Assembly (NCBI GenBank): GCA_905181745.1
Contig: CAJIYV010000163.1
Span: 1 to 33,582 of the forward strand
Reading direction: 5' to 3'
DNA from: an uncultured Actinomycetes bacterium
Lineage (GTDB): Bacteria > Actinomycetota > Actinomycetes > S36-B12
DNA length: 33,582 nt
Shown: piece by piece, positions 19,565 to 27,916 of the stretch
Layout: each line of letters starts with the position of its first letter
Position numbering within the stretch: position 1 is the first letter of the stretch
Position numbers and translations under genes: made by a program
The notes under the pieces: generated by a model
What the model was told of the DNA's origin: nothing
The model's database searches: none
What the model saw: the letters and a program-made list of their open reading frames with translations, nothing else

Positions 19565-21349
19565 CTACTTCGTGCTCTTGCGCCGCGCGACCGGCCTGCG
19601 ACGACTTGGCCGCCAGGACACTTCACCACTTTCAAGTGCAGCGTCGCGCAAGCTTTCGGCATGAACGGAGAGTGCATCGACCAAGGCAAGTGGCGTATTG
19701 ACTTCAGCAAGGACATCCACCCGAAGGCCGTGTTCTGCTGCCGTCTTCGCGGTCTGTGGGCCAATGCAGGCAACAACCGTTGTCGCATGCGGTTTACCGG
19801 CGATTCCCACCAGATTTCGAACTGTGCTGCTCGAAGTAAACAGCACCGCATCAAAGCCACCGGTCTTGATAGCTTCGCGGGTGTGAGCGGGTGGCGGTGC
19901 TGCGCGAACAGTTCGAAATGCCGTGATGTCTTCAACTTCCCAGCCCAGTTCAATTAAGCCTGCGACTAAAGTGTCGGTTGAAATATCGGCTCGAGGAAGG
20001 AAAATTCGATTGATCGGATCGAGGAGGCTGTCGTACGGTGGCCATTCCTCCATCAACGCCGTGGTGTTTTGATCACCCGGTGGAACCAAATCGGGCTTCA
20101 CTCCAAAATCAATGAGGGCCGCGATCGTTGACGCTCCGACGGCTGCAACCTTCAGCCCAGAGAATGAGCGGGCGTCCAATCCGTATTCCTCGAGTTTCTC
20201 CCGAATCGCTCGTACCGCATTAAGGGAGGTGAAGCCAACCCATGCGTAACGGCCAGAAACCAATCCGTTGACTGCACGATCCATCTGCTGCGGGGTCCGT
20301 GGAGGCTCCACCGAAATTGTTGCTACTTCACTGGGGACTGCACCATGTGATTTGAGAACCTGCATCATTTCGGCAGTGTTGTCTTGGGTGCGTGGAATGA
20401 GTACCCGCCAGCCAACGAGTTCTTTCTTTTCAAACCAGTTGTACTTGTCTCGTTGATCAATTACTTCTCCTACAACCACAAAGCCGGGCCCGGAATCCTT
20501 TGAGTTTTTCAGTAGAGCTCCCACTCCGCCGAGGGTAGATACCGTTGTGCGTTGATCAACTGTCGTACCGTTACGAGTGATCGCGATCGGCGTAGCGAGA
20601 TCGCGCCCTGCTTTTATCAATTTGTCTGCGATTGCGGTCGCTAAATCGCCACCCTTAAGGAAGACGAGGGTCTGACGGGGACTCATTAAAGTTTCCCATT
20701 CAATCCCGGGATCCAGGGCGTCAAGAATTCGCACTTCATGGGACTTTCCGCCCGTCAGGTTAAAGCCTGCGAATGCCGGTATGCCGGTGACTTCGCTAAC
20801 TCCAGGGACAAATTCAAAATTGGCATGTGAACGGCGAAGCACCGAAATCTCGGGGATGAGCGCACCTGAAACCATGGGGTCTCCGAGAACCAAGCGCACA
20901 ACTAATTCCGATTCGCGCGCGAGCTCTAAAACCAACTTGGCCGCTTCTGCTGGCTCAAGTTCCTGTTCATCTTCGCCCACTGCAACGACTACCTTGTCTG
21001 CATTGACATAAGTCGTAGCAATGTGGCTGGCATGTACGTCGGCGACGATCTTGTCTGCCTTTTCCAGTAGGCGAACGGCTCGCATGGTTAACAACTCTGG
21101 GTCACCTGGCCCTGCCGCGATGAAAACGATTGAACCCAGCATTGCCTTTTTGCGCGGTGGGGTTGGCGCAACCTCTACCCCTTCAAGAGCTAAATATTTT
21201 GGTGCGGTTTTTTTTCCAGCAGTTGCTTCCTTGACTGCGAGCTTATTCGGTGTTGTCACTTGGGCTGCCTCTTTTGTTGGTGATGAACTGGTCTTGGCGG
21301 TTTTAGATGTTGGGGTTGTAGGTGTTGGGGATTTCGCATTTGGACTCAC
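19565..21349 (-). CDS. hemD: uroporphyrinogen-III C-methyltransferase-like / uroporphyrinogen-III synthase fusion
   Basis: AGPGDPELLT (SUMT-like domain); GWRVLIPRT, FTSLNAV, FTSSSTVRNL, CIGPQT (HemD domain); ~70 aa low-complexity N-terminus; GTGA coupling to rex. Confidence 0.9.
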   Translation of the reverse strand: MSPNAKSPTPTTPTSKTAKTSSSPTKEAAQVTTPNKLAVKEATAGKKTAPKYLALEGVEVAPTPPRKKAMLGSIVFIAAGPGDPELLTMRAVRLLEKADKIVADVHASHIATTYVNADKVVVAVGEDEQELEPAEAAKLVLELARESELVVRLVLGDPMVSGALIPEISVLRRSHANFEFVPGVSEVTGIPAFAGFNLTGGKSHEVRILDALDPGIEWETLMSPRQTLVFLKGGDLATAIADKLIKAGRDLATPIAITRNGTTVDQRTTVSTLGGVGALLKNSKDSGPGFVVVGEVIDQRDKYNWFEKKELVGWRVLIPRTQDNTAEMMQVLKSHGAVPSEVATISVEPPRTPQQMDRAVNGLVSGRYAWVGFTSLNAVRAIREKLEEYGLDARSFSGLKVAAVGASTIAALIDFGVKPDLVPPGDQNTTALMEEWPPYDSLLDPINRIFLPRADISTDTLVAGLIELGWEVEDITAFRTVRAAPPPAHTREAIKTGGFDAVLFTSSSTVRNLVGIAGKPHATTVVACIGPQTAKTAAEHGLRVDVLAEVNTPLALVDALSVHAESLRDAALESGEVSWRPSRRRPVARRKSTK

Positions 21350-22044
21350 GCGATGTCCACCTGGCTAAGTTCCTGCGGGCTCGGTTCAGAGTCCAACTTT
21401 TGATCATGGAATGCGAGAATTTGTAGTTCGACGGCTAAATCCACTTTTCGCACTTCTACCTCTTGCGACACTTTAAGGAATACTGGTGCAAAGTTGAGAA
21501 TGCTCACGAGTCCCGCTTCGATCATGAGGTCGGCGATTTCCTGGGCCGACTCCGCAGGGGTGGTGATTACCCCGATATTTGCATCCTTTTTCGAGACAAC
21601 TGCCGCTAAATCGCTTATGGGCATGACTGTGAATGATTCCTGGCCGCACAGCAGCGTACTTCCTACCATCTCATGGTCTCGGTCAAAAATTCCCACAATG
21701 TGAAAACCTCGGGCGCCAAATGCGCGGTAGGAAGCCAGTGCTCGACCCAGATTTCCCATTCCGACAATCACAATTCCACGCGACTTGGTCACGCCCAGCT
21801 CACGCGCGATGTGAAAGGTCAGGTAGGAGACGTTATAGCCGACTCCACGCGTTCCAAATGATCCGAGGTGCGAGAGGTCTTTGCGCAGCTTTGCTGAACT
21901 CACCCCACAGGCGGCCGCGAGTTCTTCGCTGGCAATTGTGACAACTCCTTGGGATCCAAAAGTTGACAATACGCGGTGGTAAACGGGCAGCCGGGCAATA
22001 GTTGCCGCCGGGATGCCACCGGGTTTACGGCTGGGAACAGTCAC
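21346..22044 (-). CDS. rex: redox-sensing transcriptional repressor Rex
   Basis: ATIARLPVY, LRKDLSHLGSFGTRGVGY, GMGNLGRAL, ILNFAP. Confidence 0.97.
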   Translation of the reverse strand: MTVPSRKPGGIPAATIARLPVYHRVLSTFGSQGVVTIASEELAAACGVSSAKLRKDLSHLGSFGTRGVGYNVSYLTFHIARELGVTKSRGIVIVGMGNLGRALASYRAFGARGFHIVGIFDRDHEMVGSTLLCGQESFTVMPISDLAAVVSKKDANIGVITTPAESAQEIADLMIEAGLVSILNFAPVFLKVSQEVEVRKVDLAVELQILAFHDQKLDSEPSPQELSQVDIA

Positions 22045-22200
22045 TGTTTTTACCTCGGGTTAAAGGGCACGTGGGGTGCGTGTTCCAGTGTGATTGCGGC
22101 CTTGTGAAGTGGAGCTACCCCTTGGTGCGCCGGTAAGGATCAGCTTCTCGGTGCACTACGAGGTAACGCCCGGAACTCTATTCAATTGCGTAACCAGATA

Positions 22201-22485
22201 TCAAATATTACCGGACACAATCGTCCGATTATCGAACTGTTGAGCCGAAAGTTTGGTAACCAAACGATCTCGATTGACCCGCCAGAAGTCAAAAGGCTCG
22301 CCATCGACCAAGATCACCGGGATTTTTTCCCAATACAGATCAGCTAAATTTGGGTCCTCGGTTATGGACACGACTCGAAATTCTTGACCGAGTTGTTCAC
22401 ACACTTGGGCTACCACTTCGATTGCCTGCTCACACAAGTGACAATCGGGTTTACCCACTACCGTAACGCGCGGCGATCGGGTCAC
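22201..22485 (-). CDS. glutaredoxin-like protein (DUF836)
   Basis: KPDCHLC, IPVILVDG, FWRV; conserved upstream neighbour of rex/hem; GTGA coupling to the CoA ligase. Confidence 0.88.
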   Translation of the reverse strand: MTRSPRVTVVGKPDCHLCEQAIEVVAQVCEQLGQEFRVVSITEDPNLADLYWEKIPVILVDGEPFDFWRVNRDRLVTKLSAQQFDNRTIVSGNI

Positions 22486-24086
22486 ACTTGCTCAATCATT
22501 TCGCCGTACACCTCACGCAAACGACCTTTGGCAATTTTCCCAGTTGCAGAACGCGGTAAGTTCCGAACAATCAGGATCTGAGTGGGGCATTTGAATCGTG
22601 CAAGTGATTTGGCAACAGCTTCGGAGATGAATTCCACTGTGGCCCCAGATCCCGGTGCCAACACGACAAGCGCGCTCACCCCCTCACCCGTTTCGGCGTC
22701 AGGCCGACCCAGAACCGCGGCCTCCGCAATATCGTCGAGTTCTTCAAGGGCCACTTCAACCTCGCGCGGGAAAACATTGAAGCCGTTGACAATTATCAAC
22801 TCACGTCGCCGATCAACCAAATGCAACGCACCGGTTTCATCTTGGTAACCAATATCTCCCGTGCCAAACCAACCTTGGGAGTCGGGTCCGCCATCGCGGT
22901 CAGGCCAGTAACCCAGGAAAACTCCTGGGCCCTTTACCCAGATCTCCCCCGGATCACCAAATTCAGAATCTTCTCCCGAGTCCGCCACAATTCGAATAGC
23001 TGTTCCGGAAATTGGTAAACCCACGCAACCTGATCGAGCCCGAGAATCAACGACCGTTGACGCAATGACCGGAGAAGTTTCTGTCATGCCATAACCCTCA
23101 AAAATGCGCATGCCAGTGAGCTCCTCAAAACGATTGAAAACTTCCACTGGCAAAGGAGCTCCTCCGCTGGAAAGCAATCGGATCGGGCGCATTGCAGTCG
23201 CTACGAAGGGAACTCGCGACCACATCAGGTACATTGCCGGAGCGCCAGCGACCGTTGTGACATGTTCGCGAGAAATCACGTTCAAGGAGTCAACAGCATC
23301 AAAGCGGTCAAGAATGACTACCGATGCACCGGCTGCAATTGCCATTGTCAGAACCGTGTTCAACCCATACACGTGAAATAGCGGCAAGACGGCGAGCACC
23401 GTGTCTTCAGCACTCACAATTGGTGGGTTACGTAAGTCCAGCAAGGCGGAAACGTTGCTTACCAAATTGGCATGGGTGAGCATGACCCCTTTTGGGTTTC
23501 CGTCAGAAGCCGAAGTGAACAGAAGTAAGCCAAGATCGTCGGGTGCAATTTGCGGGAAGCCAATTTGGAAGTCAGATTTGCGAGTCAAGTTCCGGATCGA
23601 ATCCTTGACCAATTTCCGAATTGACTCACGAGCCGAAGTTATCTCTTCGCACAACATTGCTGGACAAGAATCCGGAACTGAGCCCGCCCCCAGCTCTGCA
23701 CATTTAGCAGACACCAATAGCATCTTGGCTTGCGATAACTCAAGGATTTCCGTGATCTCCAAAGACGTGTAATTAGGATTCAACGGGATGGGAACCATTC
23801 CGGCTCGAACAATGCCGAAATAGGAAACTGCGAACTCAATTGAGTTCTCCATCAAGATAGCAACGCGATCTCCACTGCGCGAAGGGTTTAGCCCCCCCTC
23901 TAGTAGCGCAGCTGCCGTCGCGCTCACTCGAGAATCCAAAGCAGAGTAGGAAATGCGCTCACCGGATTCCACTTCAATTAAGGCAATTCGTTCTGGATCA
24001 TTCAGTGCCGAGTTTCGCAAGAAGTCAGCAACGGTCACCACGCGATTAACCGTCACAGTTTCGCGATCTGAATTTACCGAGTCCAC
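22482..24086 (-). CDS. long-chain acyl-CoA synthetase / AMP-binding enzyme
   Basis: FTSASDGNPKG, LPLFHVYG, EGYGMTETSP, TGDIG, ATGKI. Start moved to GTG 24086, 6 nt after TGG-CAAACT. Confidence 0.88.
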   Translation of the reverse strand: MDSVNSDRETVTVNRVVTVADFLRNSALNDPERIALIEVESGERISYSALDSRVSATAAALLEGGLNPSRSGDRVAILMENSIEFAVSYFGIVRAGMVPIPLNPNYTSLEITEILELSQAKMLLVSAKCAELGAGSVPDSCPAMLCEEITSARESIRKLVKDSIRNLTRKSDFQIGFPQIAPDDLGLLLFTSASDGNPKGVMLTHANLVSNVSALLDLRNPPIVSAEDTVLAVLPLFHVYGLNTVLTMAIAAGASVVILDRFDAVDSLNVISREHVTTVAGAPAMYLMWSRVPFVATAMRPIRLLSSGGAPLPVEVFNRFEELTGMRIFEGYGMTETSPVIASTVVDSRARSGCVGLPISGTAIRIVADSGEDSEFGDPGEIWVKGPGVFLGYWPDRDGGPDSQGWFGTGDIGYQDETGALHLVDRRRELIIVNGFNVFPREVEVALEELDDIAEAAVLGRPDAETGEGVSALVVLAPGSGATVEFISEAVAKSLARFKCPTQILIVRNLPRSATGKIAKGRLREVYGEMIEQV

Positions 24087-24143
24087 ACCCCGAGTTTGCC
24101 ACATCAGCGGATCTGGGAACACCCGGTGAGTACTCTTTGATCT

Positions 24144-25037
24144 GTGTCGCCTGAAAAACCTGCCAGGAACGGGAATGTCTTAGAGACCTTCCGCCATTCT
24201 GGCCTCGCCTCGGCAGCGGCGGCTCACCATTCGCGGAGCACCGAGCGAGGCGACGGCCTCTCCGCTGCGTTCTTTGACGTTGATAACACGATAATGCGGG
24301 GAGCGTCCCTATTCCACTTCGCGGCTGGTCTCGCGAAACTCAAATATTTCTCTGGCCGCGACATTTTTGGCTTCGGCATCAAGCAAATGAAATTTGTACT
24401 TTCGGGGTCTGAGAACTTAGAAGATGTGGCGTCAGCCACGGAAGCCGCTCTCGCATTTGTTCAAGGTCGTAGCGTGGAAGAACTGACCCGTTTAAGCGAG
24501 ATAGTTTTCGATCAAAGAATGGTTGACAAATTGATTCCGGGCACGTTGGCATTGGCTCAGCAACATATTGATGCCGGCGAAGATGTCTGGCTGGTCACTG
24601 CAACCCCGGTAGAACTTGCCGACTTGATCGCCCGACGCCTTGGATTAACAGGTGCACTGGGAACGGTCTCCAAAACCGAGAATGGTATCTACACAGGAAA
24701 GCTCGATGGATACCCACTGCACGGCTTAGCCAAAGCCGAGGCTGTGCGGGCTCTCGCGAGTAGTGAGCATTACGACCTCAGCGCATGCTATGCCTACTCT
24801 GATTCAGCAAATGACATTCCGATGCTGTCAATCGTTGGATTTGCCACCGCCGTGAACCCGGATCCAGACCTGCGCGCCTACGCCAAGAAAATGGACTGGG
24901 AGGTCAGTGACTTTCGCAAACGCGCGCAATTGCGCGAAAATGCATTGCCCGTTGCGACTACTGCCGGCGGAATCGCATTCGGCCTCACTGCAGGTTACGC
25001 ACTGGGTCGAATCGCTCGCGGTTTAAAAAATACTTGA
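24144..25037 (+). CDS. HAD-IB family phosphatase (SerB1-like)
   Basis: FFDVDNT, WLVTAT, YAYSDSANDIP, AVNPD; TACTCT (24131-24136) 7 nt before GTG. Confidence 0.9.
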   Translation: MSPEKPARNGNVLETFRHSGLASAAAAHHSRSTERGDGLSAAFFDVDNTIMRGASLFHFAAGLAKLKYFSGRDIFGFGIKQMKFVLSGSENLEDVASATEAALAFVQGRSVEELTRLSEIVFDQRMVDKLIPGTLALAQQHIDAGEDVWLVTATPVELADLIARRLGLTGALGTVSKTENGIYTGKLDGYPLHGLAKAEAVRALASSEHYDLSACYAYSDSANDIPMLSIVGFATAVNPDPDLRAYAKKMDWEVSDFRKRAQLRENALPVATTAGGIAFGLTAGYALGRIARGLKNT

Positions 25038-25781
25038 ACGCGTGGCTAGCAATTCTCGAATAGTTTGGGTGAGTTCCCCTCTCACGTAATCCGAGCAGGC
25101 GAATGCATCCAATGGACTTTCTGACTCCGGTGGTGCAATTGGGGTACCAAATGAAATGGTCCACTTACTGGGAAATGGAATCAGACCCAACGGACCGAGC
25201 ATCGGGAAAGTAGGGGTCACCGGCAGATAAGGAATGTCAGCCCAATCAAGTAACCCTTCGACGCGCGCGACGAGCGGATACGCCTCTTCAGATCCAATGA
25301 CCACGGTGGGGATTATGGGGACTTGATTAACCGCAGCCAGGCGAGCGAAACCCGCGCGACCGAATTCCTGCAATTGGTAACGGTGCTCAATTGTCTTACC
25401 GACCCCGTTCACCCCTTCGGGCCACACGCCGACCAAGTGGCCGGCCTGAAGCAACTCACTGGCAGTGTCGAAATGAGCAGGATGCACATTCAAATGCGCC
25501 ATCAATTCCCGCATGGGCTCTTGGAAAAGGAAGTTCGCTCCCAAAAGGTGCAGTGCGCGGGAAGAGTTTCGTTCAAGAGCATGCACGACCATGAGGGCAT
25601 CGATTGCGAATGCTCCCGCGTGGTTGCCGACGAAAAGCGCCGGCCCTGATGCCGGAATATTTCCCGAGCCTAGGACTTGGGTACGAAACCAGTCGCGATA
25701 AATGGGTTCGAGAACGCCGTCAAAGAACCTACGAGCCAAAAGGCTAGGACCTTTAGCCGCGTAATCCGGAGCACTGTACAT
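25023..25781 (-). CDS. lysophospholipid acyltransferase family protein (Rv0502-like)
   Basis: NHAGAFAID, WPEG..G.GK, RYQLQEFGRAGF, GSEEAYP, PSKWTISFG. Confidence 0.87.
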   Translation of the reverse strand: MYSAPDYAAKGPSLLARRFFDGVLEPIYRDWFRTQVLGSGNIPASGPALFVGNHAGAFAIDALMVVHALERNSSRALHLLGANFLFQEPMRELMAHLNVHPAHFDTASELLQAGHLVGVWPEGVNGVGKTIEHRYQLQEFGRAGFARLAAVNQVPIIPTVVIGSEEAYPLVARVEGLLDWADIPYLPVTPTFPMLGPLGLIPFPSKWTISFGTPIAPPESESPLDAFACSDYVRGELTQTIRELLATRSSIF

Positions 25782-25810
25782 GACCGTACCGGGGTGCGGG
25801 GCTTCGTGGA

Positions 25811-25909
25811 CTACTTCTTGTTTCTGCGCTGGACTCGCGTGCGACGCAACAGTTTGCGGTGCTTCTTCTTAGCCATCCGCTTGCGACGTTTTTTAATTAC
25901 TGAGCCCAT
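25811..25909 (-). CDS. 30S ribosomal protein bS22 (AURKAIP1/COX24 domain)
   Basis: Below ORF-track cutoff. Manual translation [32 protein letters not shown]; canonical position after the HTH gene. Confidence 0.96.
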   Translation of the reverse strand: MGSVIKKRRKRMAKKKHRKLLRRTRVQRRNKK

Positions 25910-26006
25910 ATAACAATTCCCTTAACTTGAAGTCAATTTCGTAAAAGCGATCTCGAGTGTATCGGTGGCCACTCGCAACGTATGTTGGGAGGTTCCTTGG
26001 AGACCT

Positions 26007-26204
26007 TTAGGCGGTTTCTATGATCGAATCGCGTAAATAATCCTGTACCGCCTGTTCAGGCACTCGGAATGAGCGACCGACTCGAACGGCTGGCAATTCA
26101 CCACTGTGTACCAAGCGGTAGACCGTCATCTTGGACACCCGCATCACGGCGGCAACTTCCGCTACGGTCAGAAAACGTACGTCGCCGAAAGCTGCTGTTG
26201 ACAT
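26007..26204 (-). CDS. excisionase-like helix-turn-helix DNA-binding protein (Rv0500A-like)
   Basis: FLTVAEVAAVMRVSKMTVYRLVHSGELPAVRVGRSFRVPE. Start moved to ATG 26204 with GGAG upstream. Confidence 0.94.
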   Translation of the reverse strand: MSTAAFGDVRFLTVAEVAAVMRVSKMTVYRLVHSGELPAVRVGRSFRVPEQAVQDYLRDSIIETA

Positions 26205-26275
26205 GCGGTGCTCCATAATGTGAGACGTTGCGGGAATCACTTCCCTTGAACAGGACTATCGAACAATAGTCGGTA

Positions 26276-26281
26276 ACCCTA
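26276..26281 (-). promoter_or_regulatory. putative -10 (TAGGGT) for the HTH gene
   Basis: CGC-TAGGGT matches actinobacterial TANNNT, about 70 nt upstream of the ATG. Confidence 0.45.
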
Positions 26282-26323
26282 GCGTGGCGCGACCCATACC
26301 CGAAAAAACTCAAAGTTTCTGGA

Positions 26324-26355
26324 TTGACACGCTAGAACCAGGAGTTAACTTCTGG
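26324..26355 (+). promoter_or_regulatory. putative sigmaA-type promoter TTGACA-N16-TAACTT overlapped by an 18-bp palindrome
   Basis: TTGACA 26324-26329, TAACTT 26346-26351; CCAGGAGTTAACTTCTGG 26338-26355 (one mismatched pair). Confidence 0.35.
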
Positions 26356-26490
26356 GTCCAATCCGAAAAATGCCAGCCAAGTTTCCATGATTGCCGAACT
26401 AACCGGATGCTCCGCATCAATACTTGGTCAATTAGTTTGGCCCAAGAATTCTGCCCGTCTAAGACGCATTCTCCGCTGGGCATAGGGACC

Positions 26491-27300
26491 TCAGTCTTTA
26501 CCAAGTTCCATCGAACGCACAACCCCTGCGGCTAGAGCCGATCTGAGGGCTTCTCCCACGTTTTGTGAATCAAGGACTTCCATGGCGGCTTGGGTCGTTC
26601 CACCCGGGGACGTCACCTGCCGCCGCAAATCACCAGCGGAACGCTCAGAGCGTGCCAAAAGTTCCCCTGACCCTCTCAGCGTTGACCGAACTAACTGATC
26701 CGCTAAATCCCCATCGAGCCCTAGTTCCTCTGCGCCTTCCTGCAAATACTGCGCGAGGTAGAACAGGTACGCCGGGCCGCTTCCTGACAGTGCACCCACT
26801 GCAGCCTGCTGGGATTCAGGGACCACGAATACGTCGCCTACAGCTCCCAAAAGGTCTACGGCAAATGCAATAGAGGCCTCGGAGCTACCGTAGCCACCAC
26901 TGACACAAGTAACACCCATGTGAATTTGCGAAGGAGTATTTGGCATCGCCTTTATGATTTCCTTGGTCTGCGGGAAACAATTTCCGATAAACTCGGTGGT
27001 CACTCCCACCGCGACCGAGATCACGATCGCACCGGGCGCAATAAACGGCGCGAAATCTGCAAGAATTTCCTTGATAATTTTTGGTTTGATTGCAATTACA
27101 ACAACTTCACATGCGGAAAGAACCTCGCGATCCTCGGTGACCTCAATGCCCAGTGAGCCTTCTAGGTACTGGTATTTCTCCACATCGCGCACTACCGCCA
27201 CGATGCTGGCGCCTGACCGCGTCCACCCAGAGATCAGTGCCTGCCCCATCGAACCGGACCCGATCACACCAATTCTCTTGACGGAATACATCGTGTTCAT
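26491..27300 (-). CDS. proC: pyrroline-5-carboxylate reductase
   Basis: IGSGSMG, AIKP, AMPNTP, SGSGPAY, VTSPGGTT. Start probably ATG 27300 or 27291. Confidence 0.96.
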   Translation of the reverse strand: MNTMYSVKRIGVIGSGSMGQALISGWTRSGASIVAVVRDVEKYQYLEGSLGIEVTEDREVLSACEVVVIAIKPKIIKEILADFAPFIAPGAIVISVAVGVTTEFIGNCFPQTKEIIKAMPNTPSQIHMGVTCVSGGYGSSEASIAFAVDLLGAVGDVFVVPESQQAAVGALSGSGPAYLFYLAQYLQEGAEELGLDGDLADQLVRSTLRGSGELLARSERSAGDLRRQVTSPGGTTQAAMEVLDSQNVGEALRSALAAGVVRSMELGKD

Positions 27301-27304
27301 CACT

Positions 27305-27913
27305 TCACTCTGCCATACCGGGCAGCGGTTTTGTTGGATCAAGCAAGTCTTGAACCATTGGCGACACCAATGCGACTAACTGATCTTGGGACACACTCGC
27401 AAGCGGCTCGATTTCCAGGAAATACCGGTAGGCAATCACGCCGGTTAAATAGGAACTAATCAGTGCCCCGCGGATTCGAGCATCAGGGATGCCCATCAAA
27501 ATCAAGGCACGATCAACCACGGTGCTTTGGAAGTAGTCCGAAAGCGGCTTGATCACGGCAAACATGTCAACACCTGTATTCAAGGAACGTCCGGCATTTG
27601 CAGCCTTGAGCAGGTCCTCCCGAACCTGCTGATCGGCAACTAACTGAAGTGTTCCCCGCACAAGGCGCTCGCCCATGCCGTGAATTCCTGGGGCGACCAA
27701 TGCGGGGATCGCTTTCTGTGGATCACTCGGGAAAGACATCGCGGCCGCAAAAAGTGCTTCCTTGTTCGCATACAGGTTGGAGACAACGGTTGGCGCCACC
27801 CCTGCCGCCGCCGCAATCGACTTAATCGTGGTTCTTGCGTAGCCGGAATTGAGAAACATGGACCGAGCGACCCCCACGATTCCACCGTCTTCTCGTTTTT
27901 CCTCCCGCGCCAT
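27305..27913 (-). CDS. TetR family transcriptional regulator
   Basis: ARSMFLNSGYARTTIKSIAAAAGV...KEALF HTH; C-terminal RYFLEIEPLAS. Confidence 0.85.
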   Translation of the reverse strand: MAREEKREDGGIVGVARSMFLNSGYARTTIKSIAAAAGVAPTVVSNLYANKEALFAAAMSFPSDPQKAIPALVAPGIHGMGERLVRGTLQLVADQQVREDLLKAANAGRSLNTGVDMFAVIKPLSDYFQSTVVDRALILMGIPDARIRGALISSYLTGVIAYRYFLEIEPLASVSQDQLVALVSPMVQDLLDPTKPLPGMAE

Positions 27914-27916
27914 GGC

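Noticed and set aside
6521..19957. Long antisense ORFs (e.g. 6521-7075, 7097-7696, 10487-11053, 19331-19957)
   Set aside because: They lie almost entirely opposite well-conserved genes and have no motifs; typical shadow ORFs.
22102..22119. Second Rex operator upstream of rex
   Set aside because: Only the TTGTGAA half matches; the other half (AGCTACC) does not.
26007..26204. Excisionase-like HTH as a sign of a prophage or integrative element
   Set aside because: It is the conserved chromosomal Rv0500A-type gene next to bS22 and proC; no integrase, att site or phage genes are nearby.
26310..26522. 70-aa minus-strand ORF (and the 83-aa plus-strand ORF 26284-26535)
   Set aside because: Both overlap proC and have no recognisable motif or SD.
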